Shown piece after piece: positions 1 to 8,861 of a stretch of DNA of 64,000 nt; the stretch's first letter is position 1, and every line of letters begins with the position of its first letter. The translations under genes and the position numbers were made by a program. Source of the DNA: Polyangiaceae bacterium (GTDB lineage Bacteria; Myxococcota_A; Polyangia; Polyangiales; Polyangiaceae); assembly GCA_965222375.1 (NCBI GenBank), contig CBDCTZ010000008.1, positions 1 to 64,000 of the forward strand, given 5' to 3'. Under the pieces are notes generated by a model that saw only the letters and a program-made list of their open reading frames with translations, ran no database searches and had not been told where the DNA came from.

Positions 1-382
1 CTTCCCGGGAGTAGCCGGGTGTTTCTGGGGTGCGGGTCATCACGATGGCGTCCGTGGGGCAAACCTGGACGCAGAGCTCGCAGTAGATGCATGCGTTCAA
101 GTCGAGCACGAAGTCTTTGGCGTAACCGCGGCGCTTGCCAGAGATCGGGGATTCCTTCTTCTCGGCGATGACCGTGATGACTTGGGAGGGACAGATGCGT
201 TCGCACTGCAGGCATCCGACGCATGCCTCGTCCCCGGTGTCGTCGTGGAGCAAGGCGAAAGTGTTGCGATATCGCTCGGGGCGGACGCGCTTTTCCGCCG
301 GGTAGTGCACGGTCACGGGCGTCCTGAACACGTTCTTGATCGTGGTCGTGAGCGCTCGCACGCTGTCGCCTAGGTAGCCCAT
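1..382 (-). CDS. nuoI: NADH-quinone oxidoreductase subunit I (5' part; runs off window start)
   Basis: Not in the ORF track. Manual translation from ATG at 382 (TGATG overlap with nuoH stop): MGYLGDSVRALTTTIKNVFRTPVTVHYP...ACVGCLQCERICP...ACIYCELCVQVCP, two 4Fe-4S motifs. Confidence 0.93.
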   Translation of the reverse strand, partial: MGYLGDSVRALTTTIKNVFRTPVTVHYPAEKRVRPERYRNTFALLHDDTGDEACVGCLQCERICPSQVITVIAEKKESPISGKRRGYAKDFVLDLNACIYCELCVQVCPTDAIVMTRTPETPGYSRE

Positions 383-1539
383 CAGTGCGCATGCTCCGCT
401 GGCGAAGGCTGCGTCGGTACCGGCACGTCTGCCACGCCTGGGGGCGGCGCGGGCGTGGGCTTCGCCGTGCCCAGGTTTTGATAGTGCACCCACCCCGCCG
501 CCATCATGACCAGGACCAGGCCGCCGGGGACCAAGTACTTCCAGCACAAGGCCATCAGCTGATCCGAGCGAAAGCGGAGCATCGTCCAGCGGATCCAGAA
601 GATCATGAAGAAGAGCACCAGGGTCTTCAGCACCATCCAGTGCAGCCCGGGCATCCAGCCGAAGGGGCCGTCCCAGCCACCGAAAAACAGCGCGGACGCG
701 ATGCCGCTGATGATCAGGGTGTGCAAGTACTCGGCTAGATAGAACAACCCGAACTTCATGCCGGTGTATTCGGTCGTGACGCCGGCAATGAGTTCGCTCT
801 CTGCTTCCGGGATGTCGAAGGGAATGCGATTGGCTTCGGCCAGCGAAGCCAAAAAGAACATCACGAAGGCGAGCAGGCCCGGGCCCGGTGGCCAGAACAC
901 GAACCAGCCGTGCTCGACTTGATATCGCACGATGTCCGAAACGCTCATGCTCCCGGCCAGCACCACGGGAACCAGCGCGGCCAGCACCAAGGGGATCTCG
1001 TAGCTGATGCCCTGGGCAACCGAACGCATGCCTCCGAGCAGGGCGTACTTGTTGTTGCTCGCCCAGCCGGCGATCCAGATGGGAAAGACCATCAGTCCAC
1101 CGAGGGCCAGTATGTACAGAACGCCTACGTCCAGGTCCGCGGCGATCTGCTCCGGCCCCCAGGGGATCACTGCCGCCGTCGCCAATGCCAGCAGCACCGT
1201 CAGCGGTGGCGCCAAGTTGAACAGCCAGCGGTCAGCGTCCTTGGGGACGATGTCCTCTTTCTGCAGCAGTTTCAGGGCATCGGCCAAGGGCTGCAGCAGA
1301 CCGAAGGGCCCAACCAGGGTCGGGCCCGTGCGGCTGTGCATCCGGCCGGCGAACTTGCGTTCGAACCAAGTGCTCCAGGCCGTGACGGTCATCAGTGCTG
1401 TCACGACGACTACGCCGTAGACCGCGCCGTGCACGAAGGGATTGGCGAGGAGCCCAGCGCTCTCGGCTGCGGCGGCGGGAGGCGCGCCAGCGGCGACGGG
1501 CAGTCCGTCCCCGACTAGGGCAGGGGGGGCGAAGTTCAT
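382..1539 (-). CDS. nuoH: NADH-quinone oxidoreductase subunit H
   Basis: GPFGLLQPLADALKLLQKED, SNNKYALLGGMR, AEANRIPFDIPEAESE motifs; multiple TM helices. Confidence 0.97.
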   Translation of the reverse strand: MNFAPPALVGDGLPVAAGAPPAAAAESAGLLANPFVHGAVYGVVVVTALMTVTAWSTWFERKFAGRMHSRTGPTLVGPFGLLQPLADALKLLQKEDIVPKDADRWLFNLAPPLTVLLALATAAVIPWGPEQIAADLDVGVLYILALGGLMVFPIWIAGWASNNKYALLGGMRSVAQGISYEIPLVLAALVPVVLAGSMSVSDIVRYQVEHGWFVFWPPGPGLLAFVMFFLASLAEANRIPFDIPEAESELIAGVTTEYTGMKFGLFYLAEYLHTLIISGIASALFFGGWDGPFGWMPGLHWMVLKTLVLFFMIFWIRWTMLRFRSDQLMALCWKYLVPGGLVLVMMAAGWVHYQNLGTAKPTPAPPPGVADVPVPTQPSPAEHAH

Positions 1540-2756
1540 CGGTCCACCTCGCCCATGATGGGATCGACGCTGCCCAAGATGGCGATGGCGTCACTGACCG
1601 TATGGCCTGGCAACACGTAGGGCAGGCACGCTGCCGCATGCAGGCTGGGCGGGCGGATCTTCAATCGATGCGGGCTGGCGCCCCTGTTGGCGCCGCCGCC
1701 GATGACGTAGGTGCCCAGCTCGCCCCGGGGTGATTCCAGGGAGGCGTAGGCTTGGCCGCCCGCGGCTCGATCTTGGGCGGCGATCTTGATCGGCTTGTGA
1801 CCGCTGATGGGTCCTTCGGGCACGCCGTCGATCAATGCTCGCACGATGCGAATGCTCTCCCGGATTTCTCGGATCCGAACCAACGTGCGGGCCTGGCAAT
1901 CCCCAGCAGTTTCCGTGTGCACCTGGACCTCGACCTCGTCGTAGGCGTGGTAGGGCGCGTCGCGGCGCAGGTCGTGGTCCACGCCTGCAGCTTTGGCGAT
2001 GGGACCCGTGATGCCCAGTTCCAGGCATAGATCCGCGTCCACCACGCCCACGCCCTTGGTCCGCGCAACGTAGATGGCATTGTTGCTCATCATGCTTTCG
2101 TACTCGGCGGTGCGAGCTTCGATCTGAGTGATCGTTGCCTTGACTCTATCCGCCCAGCCTTCGGGTATGTCGTGGCGATTCCCCCCGACGCTGTGGGTGT
2201 TGTAGTGAAAACGACAGCCTGTAAGTTCCTCGAAGAGATCGAGGATCGATTCGCGTTCCCGAAAACAATACATGAACACACTCGTCCCGCCGCCCAGAGC
2301 GCCGCCGAGGTCCAAGGCGAAGGTGCCAAGCCAAAGCAGGTGGCTCGCGACCCGTTGCAGCTCGGCGGTCAGAGTACGGATGTAGCGAGCGCGCCGGGGC
2401 ACCTCGACGCCGAGCAGGGCCTCGAAGGCCATGTTGATGGCCTGCTCGTTCATCATCGGGGAGACGTAGTCGTTCTTGTCCACGATGGGCGTAATCATCG
2501 TGAACATCAGCTTTTCGCAGAGCTTTTCGACGCCGCGGTGCAGGTAGCCGGCGTAGGGCACGGCTTTCACGATGACTTCGCCGTCCAGGTACAGCTTGAC
2601 CCGGAACACGCCATGGGTGCTCGGGTGCTGCGGCCCGAGGTTGAGCACCATCAGATCGGCTTCGGGATCGTAGTCCTCGATGTCGAGGTAGGGGTTGGTG
2701 TGCCCAGGCGTCAGCGCGATGCTCGTACCTTCCACGATCATCTCCAGGGCGGACAC
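1536..2756 (-). CDS. nuoD: NADH-quinone oxidoreductase subunit D
   Basis: [27 protein letters not shown]-terminal GEVDR; no NiFe CxxC pairs. Confidence 0.96.
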   Translation of the reverse strand: MSALEMIVEGTSIALTPGHTNPYLDIEDYDPEADLMVLNLGPQHPSTHGVFRVKLYLDGEVIVKAVPYAGYLHRGVEKLCEKLMFTMITPIVDKNDYVSPMMNEQAINMAFEALLGVEVPRRARYIRTLTAELQRVASHLLWLGTFALDLGGALGGGTSVFMYCFRERESILDLFEELTGCRFHYNTHSVGGNRHDIPEGWADRVKATITQIEARTAEYESMMSNNAIYVARTKGVGVVDADLCLELGITGPIAKAAGVDHDLRRDAPYHAYDEVEVQVHTETAGDCQARTLVRIREIRESIRIVRALIDGVPEGPISGHKPIKIAAQDRAAGGQAYASLESPRGELGTYVIGGGANRGASPHRLKIRPPSLHAAACLPYVLPGHTVSDAIAILGSVDPIMGEVDR

Positions 2757-3232
2757 GCGGTATCAATCGCGTAGTCCTTGCGAAGGGGGTGCCCTTCCCA
2801 ATCGTCGGGCATCATGATGCGGCGCAAATCTGGATGCCCCGCGAAGCTCACCCCCACGAGATCGAACTGTTCGCGCTCTTGCCAGTCGGCGCCGGCGAAC
2901 TCCAGGGCCAAGGAATCGATGCTTTGCCCCGGCTCGAGCACAACGCGCCAGATCGCCAGCTGGCTACCGGGACCGACGCTGCGTAGCGCGGTGACCACTT
3001 CGAATCGCTCGGGCAGCTCGGGCAGCTTCTTGGTTGCCTTCTGTGCCAAGAAGTGGGTGGCCACGACGGTCACGTAGATCTTGTAGCCCAGCTCTTTCAG
3101 CGCCCGGGCTAGCTCGACGTGGCGGGCAGAGTCCACGATTGGAGGCGCATCGTCGAAGAACTCCGTCACGTCGAAGCGCTCCCGCAAAAGCGCGGTGAGC
3201 TGCTCGTTCTCGGCTACGCCTTTGGCCGGCAT
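2738..3232 (-). CDS. nuoC: NADH-quinone oxidoreductase subunit C
   Basis: [40 protein letters not shown]. Confidence 0.95.
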   Translation of the reverse strand: MPAKGVAENEQLTALLRERFDVTEFFDDAPPIVDSARHVELARALKELGYKIYVTVVATHFLAQKATKKLPELPERFEVVTALRSVGPGSQLAIWRVVLEPGQSIDSLALEFAGADWQEREQFDLVGVSFAGHPDLRRIMMPDDWEGHPLRKDYAIDTACPPWR

Positions 3233-4023
3233 TAGGTCGCCTTGGCTTTCTGCTTGGCGGCGCTGGTCTCGTCGTCGGGGTCCGACGCGGCTTCGCCGTC
3301 CGAGACTGCGCTGGCCGCGGCCAGGGCTTTTCCGGCTTTGCTGGCGCGCACCTTCAACAAGTTCAGCTCACCCGCGCGCCCCAGGGAAGCAGCGGACAGG
3401 GTCTGCAATTCCGAGAGCTGTTTCGGCCGGCTGGGATCATCCATGCGCGGAATGCTGGGGGCCCGCAGATGTTCGGGAGTGGGGGGGCGGGGGTCGCGCT
3501 CACGCCAACTGCCGTCCCGCACCGCTCGAACCTTCTCCTGGAGTCGCAGCAGCCCGTGCATCAATTCTTCGGGGTTCGGAGGGCAGCCCGGAACGTAGAC
3601 GTCGACGGGAATGAACGTGTCGATGCCGGGGATGACCGAATAGATGTCCCGGTAGAAGTCCCCACTGATCGCGCAGGAACCCATGGCAATGCACCACTTG
3701 GGTTCCGGCATTTGGTCCCACAGCTTCTTCACTCGGGGAGCCATCTTCACCGTGATGGTGCCAGCCACGACCATGACATCGCATTGTCGGGGGGTCCCCC
3801 GCACGATGGTGCCCATGCGGTCCAGGTCGACGCGGCTTGCGGCTGCCGCCATGAACTCGATGCCACAACAGCTGGTGGCCATCGGGAAGATCCACAAGGC
3901 GTTGTTGGTGCCCCAGGTCAGCAACTTGTCGACGCTGGTGGTGGCGACGTCGAGGCCGGGCACCCGCAGCATGAAATCGTACAGCGGGTGGGAGTAGGCG
4001 CGATCCTTTTCGTCTACTGCCAC
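3232..4023 (-). CDS. nuoB: NADH-quinone oxidoreductase subunit B
   Basis: [21 protein letters not shown] motifs; start set at GTG 4023 overlapping nuoA end (track ORF extended to 4404 is probably spurious). Confidence 0.95.
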   Translation of the reverse strand: MAVDEKDRAYSHPLYDFMLRVPGLDVATTSVDKLLTWGTNNALWIFPMATSCCGIEFMAAAASRVDLDRMGTIVRGTPRQCDVMVVAGTITVKMAPRVKKLWDQMPEPKWCIAMGSCAISGDFYRDIYSVIPGIDTFIPVDVYVPGCPPNPEELMHGLLRLQEKVRAVRDGSWRERDPRPPTPEHLRAPSIPRMDDPSRPKQLSELQTLSAASLGRAGELNLLKVRASKAGKALAAASAVSDGEAASDPDDETSAAKQKAKAT

Positions 4024-4373
4024 CTCAGGGCTCCCTTTCTGAGGGCGTAGACCCATCCGAGCATCAGGATCCCCACGAAAATCAGCATCTCCCAAATTGC
4101 GAGGGCGCCGACGTCGCGCAAGCTCACGGCCCAAGGGAAGAGAAAGACCGCCTCCACATCGAAGAGCACGAACACGAGGGCCACCACGTAGTACCTGGGG
4201 TGGAATCGAATCCAGGCCAGCCCTTCGGGCTCTTCGCCACACTCGTAGGTCTGATGCTTGAGGGGCGAATCCTTGCGCGACTTCACTCCCAAGATCCGGG
4301 CGCCCAGCAGCATGCTGAAGCCAACGATGGTTGACAGCACCAAGAAGGACAGCGCGCTTTGCCAGGCGTTCAT
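4014..4373 (-). CDS. nuoA: NADH-quinone oxidoreductase subunit A
   Basis: YECG loop, FVLFDVEAVFLFPWAV, KGALRW; 119 aa, 3 TM. Confidence 0.96.
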   Translation of the reverse strand: MNAWQSALSFLVLSTIVGFSMLLGARILGVKSRKDSPLKHQTYECGEEPEGLAWIRFHPRYYVVALVFVLFDVEAVFLFPWAVSLRDVGALAIWEMLIFVGILMLGWVYALRKGALRWQ

Positions 4374-4553
4374 CGTGAGCGTCGGTGGGCGGAGCCCGAG
4401 CCACTGGCTATCTAGACCGTGTTTTTGTCATCCACAAGCCGTCTACGGGTAGGAAGTTCAGGCCGGCGAAGGAATCCAGGCGTGTGAGCGGGCAGGCGCG
4501 GCGCCCAGAAATGCCCTCGACGGCCCCCCGCTCGCCCATATCATCGGCAGCGC

Positions 4554-6236
4554 GTGGTGGGAGAGGACGACAAAACACGGGTAGATGGCGCTGCGCCATC
4601 GGCGCCTGGAGCGGTAGCGGCATCGGTCCCACCGACAGGTCCCTCTGCGCCGGGCAGCTACGCCAGCAGCCTGCATTCCCAGACCTCGCGCCACATTCTC
4701 GGCCAAGAAGAGGCAGCGCGGAGTGTGGCGCTGCTCCGGCTGATTGCGCCGCTTTCATTGCTCGGGCTGGTCTCGGTTTGGGTTCCGCGGGAAACGATGT
4801 GGCGAACCGTATGCAGCGTGAGTTTCGCTGCGACCTTTCTTGCCTCGCTGTGGCTGCTGTATCGATTCAAGGACCGCACTCGCTACGACCAGCGTTTGGC
4901 CCTTCTGCACGGCATGCTCGCTGTGATCAGCATCTTGACCGCCACCCTCGCAGTCGGCGTGTTTTCCCCGACGGTCATGGCGGCTTGCGTAGGGATCTAT
5001 TTCTTTGGGCAGAGCGACTCGGTGCGGGCTGGCTGGACGATCTACTTGACCCTCGCTGTCGGCTTTCTCGCCCTACAAGTAGCAGGGATCGCCGGCATCG
5101 TTCCCATGGACAGGGCTTTGGTCGCGATCGTCGACCCCGACAACGTCGGGCTGGCCACGCTGGCGTTGATGGTTCAGGCGGTTTTTGCGCTGACGTTTTG
5201 GATGGCCCGGCAGAGCCGTCGGGCAACCCTCGACGCTTTCGTGATGGTCGAGCAGGTCAGCTTGGAGGTGCGTCAGCGAGACGCCCTGCTGCATGAAGCC
5301 CGGGCGGAACTGGAGCGGGCGGATGCAGCGCAGATGGGTCGCTACACCGGGCGCCAGATGGCGGGCTATCAGGTGGGAGAAATCATTGGCCGGGGCGCCA
5401 TGGGGGAAGTGTACGCGGGGTTGCAAGCACCCGGGGATCGGCCCGTCGCCCTCAAATTCCTGCACCCGATTGTGCTGGAGGAAAAGAAGTACCTCGATCG
5501 TTTCTTCCGGGAGGCGCGCATCGCCTCAGCGCTCAACTCCCAGCACGTCGTCCGACTCGTCGAGTTGGGGGAGGCGGAAGATGGCACGCCGTTCATCGCC
5601 ATGGAGCGACTGGAAGGGGAAGATCTGTCGCGCAAACTCCGAGGCAAGAAGCAGCTCAAGGTTAGCGAGGTCTTGACCCTGGTGGCCGAGGTTTCCGAGG
5701 GGCTGTCGCAGGCCGACGCGAGCGGCATCGTGCATCGAGATCTGAAGCCGCAAAACCTGTTCCTCGCCCGCACGAATGGGCGACAGGTGTGGAAGATCCT
5801 CGACTTCGGCGTGTCGAAGATCAACGCGGCCGGCGCCACCGCCACGATGGGCGGGGCGGTCGGCACCCCAAGCTACATGGCGCCCGAGCAAGCTCAGGGC
5901 AAGGACGTGGATCATCGCGCGGATGTGTTTGCGTTGGGGGTAATCGCGTACCGCTCGCTGACCGGAAAGCCGGCGTTCACGGGACCGGACAGCTTGGCCA
6001 CGCTGTACAACGTCGTGCACGTGCAGCCTACGCGGCCGAGCCAGCTGCGCCCATTACCTCGAGACGTGGATCGCGTGCTCTGCCTGGCGCTGGCCAAAGA
6101 TCCGAAGCGTCGCATTGCGACCAGCCGTGAGTTTTCCGAGGCGCTGCGTGCCGCGGCCAGTGGGCGCTTGGATGACGCCTTACGCCGGCGAGCCGACTCG
6201 CTGCTCGGCCTCACCCCTTGGGGTCACGAGGTCTGA
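4554..6236 (+). CDS. Membrane-anchored Hanks-type Ser/Thr protein kinase (N-terminal multi-TM region, C-terminal kinase)
   Basis: IGRGAMGEVY, VALK, HRDLKPQN, DFG, GTPSYMAPE; about 6 hydrophobic segments N-terminally. Confidence 0.93.
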   Translation: MVGEDDKTRVDGAAPSAPGAVAASVPPTGPSAPGSYASSLHSQTSRHILGQEEAARSVALLRLIAPLSLLGLVSVWVPRETMWRTVCSVSFAATFLASLWLLYRFKDRTRYDQRLALLHGMLAVISILTATLAVGVFSPTVMAACVGIYFFGQSDSVRAGWTIYLTLAVGFLALQVAGIAGIVPMDRALVAIVDPDNVGLATLALMVQAVFALTFWMARQSRRATLDAFVMVEQVSLEVRQRDALLHEARAELERADAAQMGRYTGRQMAGYQVGEIIGRGAMGEVYAGLQAPGDRPVALKFLHPIVLEEKKYLDRFFREARIASALNSQHVVRLVELGEAEDGTPFIAMERLEGEDLSRKLRGKKQLKVSEVLTLVAEVSEGLSQADASGIVHRDLKPQNLFLARTNGRQVWKILDFGVSKINAAGATATMGGAVGTPSYMAPEQAQGKDVDHRADVFALGVIAYRSLTGKPAFTGPDSLATLYNVVHVQPTRPSQLRPLPRDVDRVLCLALAKDPKRRIATSREFSEALRAAASGRLDDALRRRADSLLGLTPWGHEV

Positions 6237-6312
6237 CCGGGACGGAACCAGCTGGAGACGGGCCTTCGGGCGAGCGGGCGGCCCCGGGGGGGCGAAAAAC
6301 CAATATTTCACC

Positions 6313-6355
6313 TTGACAACGTGTTGAACATGTTCAAATTTGAACGTGTTCAACA
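6313..6355 (+). promoter_or_regulatory. Sigma70-type -35 (TTGACA) followed by tandem 14-bp palindromic operators, probably TetR-bound
   Basis: TTGACA 6313-6318; TTGAACATGTTCAA 6324-6337 (perfect palindrome); TTGAACGTGTTCAA 6340-6353; directly upstream of the operon encoding a TetR. Confidence 0.8.
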
Positions 6356-6369
6356 GCAAGGAGGTGCCC

Positions 6370-6828
6370 ATGACTTCGCCTGATACGACCTATTTGGTCT
6401 GGGTGTACGGCGTCTACGCCGTTGCCGCCGTCGCGCTGACCATCTGGCTGGCAAACACCCTGTTCAAGAACGGCGCGGTGTTCCTGCGCGACGTATTCAA
6501 GGACAACCCCGACCTGGCCGCGGCGGTGAACCGCTTGCTGGTGGTTGGCTTCTATTTGTTCAATTTCGGCTACGCCTGCTTGCTGCTCGAGAGCTACGAG
6601 GCACCGACCATGGTGTCCGCCATCGAGTTGCTCGCGAAGAAGCTGGGCTGGCTGTTGGTCTCGCTGTCCGCGATGCACTTTTTCAACATGTACTTGTTCC
6701 ACCGCATCCGGCGGCGCGCGACCGCAGCGGACCTGCCGCCTCCGGTGCTGCCCCACGCGCAGCTCGGCGAGCCCTCTCGGGCGTCGGCGTGGCAGACCTT
6801 GCAGGACGCCAACGCAGAGGCGCGCTGA
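6370..6828 (+). CDS. Small integral membrane protein (about 3 TM), uncharacterised
   Basis: AAGGAGG RBS before ATG 6370; hydrophobic segments; NRLLVVGFYL and MHFFN motifs. Confidence 0.8.
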   Translation: MTSPDTTYLVWVYGVYAVAAVALTIWLANTLFKNGAVFLRDVFKDNPDLAAAVNRLLVVGFYLFNFGYACLLLESYEAPTMVSAIELLAKKLGWLLVSLSAMHFFNMYLFHRIRRRATAADLPPPVLPHAQLGEPSRASAWQTLQDANAEAR

Positions 6829-6833
6829 GGCCA

Positions 6834-7235
6834 ATGACCTTGACCGTCCTGTACGACGCATCTTGCGCCTTCTGCGTGCGCGCCGCCGAGTGGCTCGCCG
6901 CGCAGGAGGCCTACGTGCAGCTGCGCTTGCTCCCAGCTGATTGCGAGGAAGCGCAGCTCCGCTTCGGCATGGTGCCCTGGTTGGGAGAGCAGCTGGTCGT
7001 GGTGTCGGCTGATGGGCGAGTGTGGGCAGGCTCTGCGGCATTCCTGATCTGCCTGTGGGCGCTCGTGGACTACCGCGCCTGGGCCAACCGGCTTTCTTCG
7101 CCGGGGTTGGCGCCCATGGCGGAGCGTTTTTTTCGCGTCGTCAGTGCGCGGCGGCATCGGCTTGCTGCATTGGTGCAGCACGAGCCTTGCGGTCGAGGAG
7201 TGTGCAGCCGCCCGCTTTCCGGGGCATACCGCTGA
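6834..7235 (+). CDS. DCC1-like thiol-disulfide oxidoreductase (DUF393 family)
   Basis: N-terminal VLYDASCAFC (DxxCxxC); start ATG 6834. Confidence 0.85.
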   Translation: MTLTVLYDASCAFCVRAAEWLAAQEAYVQLRLLPADCEEAQLRFGMVPWLGEQLVVVSADGRVWAGSAAFLICLWALVDYRAWANRLSSPGLAPMAERFFRVVSARRHRLAALVQHEPCGRGVCSRPLSGAYR

Positions 7236-7243
7236 ACTCAGAC

Positions 7244-7924
7244 ATGCCGAGCCGCCCGGAGACCGCCGAGAAGATCCTAGCCGCCGCGCTGAGGCTGTTC
7301 CGCAAACAGGGCTTTGACAAGACCACGATGCGGCAGATAGCCAAGTCGGCAGGGACGAGCCTCGGTTCGGCGTACTACTACTTCCCGCGCAAAGAAGCAT
7401 TGGTCCTGGCCTATTTCGAGGACCAGATGGCGCTGCATGAAGCCGGTGCCCGGGCAGCCTACGCAACAACGCAAGATCCGCATGAACGGGTGCTGGCTGC
7501 ATTCATGGTGCGCTTGGACCTGATGGCGGACGATCAGAACTTCTTTGGCGGGTTGTTGCGGACCTTGGGTGAGCCGGAAAGCAGCGTTGGCGTGTTTTCA
7601 CCTGAAAACTCCGAGTTGCGAGCGCGCGGGATCGCCATTATCCGCCAAGCTCTGGAAGTTCCTTCAGTACCGGAAGCAGTACGGGATGACGCGGCATTGC
7701 TGCTGTGGGCACTGGTGTTGGGCATGGTGTTGTACTTCGTACACGACCGCAGCGCTAGCCAGGAGCGGACGCGAGCCTTGATGACGCGTAGCCTTCGCCT
7801 TCTCGTACCCGTGCTACCGCTGCTCGCGACACCCGAGGCGGAGCTTCTGCGATCGGAGGTTCGCAGCATTTTGTGCGAGGCGGGGCTACTGCCCGAGGGG
7901 CCGCCCCAGCGCCCGGGGCGGTGA
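7244..7924 (+). CDS. TetR-family transcriptional regulator
   Basis: ILAAALRLFRKQGFDKTTMRQIAKSAGTSLGSAYYYFPRKE HTH; start ATG 7244. Confidence 0.95.
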   Translation: MPSRPETAEKILAAALRLFRKQGFDKTTMRQIAKSAGTSLGSAYYYFPRKEALVLAYFEDQMALHEAGARAAYATTQDPHERVLAAFMVRLDLMADDQNFFGGLLRTLGEPESSVGVFSPENSELRARGIAIIRQALEVPSVPEAVRDDAALLLWALVLGMVLYFVHDRSASQERTRALMTRSLRLLVPVLPLLATPEAELLRSEVRSILCEAGLLPEGPPQRPGR

Positions 7925-7937
7925 ACTGCGCGATGGC

Positions 7938-8771
7938 TCAGGGAGCGAGGTCGAGGGTCGCACAACCCATGCTGCCCTCGGTGCCGTCGTAGCCGTTGTC
8001 AGGGATCGGCACGTTCAAGCCGGATGCTACGTTGCTTTTGGGACCCGCGCTCGTCGTGACATCGATCTGAAACGAGTCGAGGGTGCCCGTCACGCCGGCT
8101 TCGCTATCGCCGGCACAGAGTTTCCACGTGCCGGACCAACGCTCGCCGCCAAACGCCGTGGTGAATGCCTGGGGTCCTCCAGCGGCGTCTGGAAAGGGCG
8201 CGAATGCGCATGGCAGGCTGCCCTGACACGGAGTAGCACCCCCGTCATGGCCGCCCACGAGCTCGATATTGCTGCCGCTCACGCCGAATTTGATGCGAGC
8301 GCCACCGACCATCGCGACGGCGGCGCCGGTCCCGGATTCACTGCCGTCGTCCCGGGTTTCCTGGAAGCCGGGGCGACTCATCAGCGTCATCAGGGTCCCC
8401 GTCGGGCTCCAGAGTTTCAGCGTCAGGTGGCCAATCCAGTCGTGGGTGATACCCACGGTCACGGCCAAAGTTACGATGCGTGCCTCGCAGGTCGCGCTGT
8501 GCGGATCGCTGTCAGTATCGATGTCCATGGCGGACTTGCAGTTGCACACGTCGTTGACGCACGATTTGTTCGGCCCCTTGCACTTGCCGCTGCAGACCTC
8601 CGGGATCCCACCGCCAGTGCCGCCGCCGGTGCCGCCGCCGAGGCCGGCACTGCCTCCGACACCGGAATCGGCGGTTTGACCGGGCTGCACGCCGTCCCCA
8701 GTGTCCGACAAGGAGCACGCCCAACAGGCCGCGAACCCGAAAATCCCAAGATAGACAGCGCGAGGGCGCAT
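7938..8771 (-). CDS. Exported lipoprotein with Gly/Cys-rich linker and proprotein-convertase P-domain-like C-terminus
   Basis: Signal ending ..WAC; VTVGITHDWIGHLTLKLWSPTG and GTWKL..D..G..GTL resemble the P-domain. Confidence 0.7.
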   Translation of the reverse strand: MRPRAVYLGIFGFAACWACSLSDTGDGVQPGQTADSGVGGSAGLGGGTGGGTGGGIPEVCSGKCKGPNKSCVNDVCNCKSAMDIDTDSDPHSATCEARIVTLAVTVGITHDWIGHLTLKLWSPTGTLMTLMSRPGFQETRDDGSESGTGAAVAMVGGARIKFGVSGSNIELVGGHDGGATPCQGSLPCAFAPFPDAAGGPQAFTTAFGGERWSGTWKLCAGDSEAGVTGTLDSFQIDVTTSAGPKSNVASGLNVPIPDNGYDGTEGSMGCATLDLAP

Positions 8772-8861
8772 ATGCCTCGAGTTTGGTCCTCCAGGAGCCG
8801 AGCGGCAAGGAATGTGCGGTCGTGCTACACGACGCGCTGCGCCCGAGACCCGAGATCCGTC

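Noticed and set aside
1536..4023. Group 4 NiFe hydrogenase interpretation of nuoB/nuoD
   Set aside because: The large subunit lacks both CxxC Ni-binding motifs
4024..4404. N-terminal extension of the nuoB ORF in the track
   Set aside because: Overlaps nuoA in another frame; NuoB-like sequence starts at GTG 4023
8247..8861. 205-aa N-terminal extension of MiaB
   Set aside because: Antisense shadow of the 7938-8771 gene; MiaB motifs start at ATG 8862
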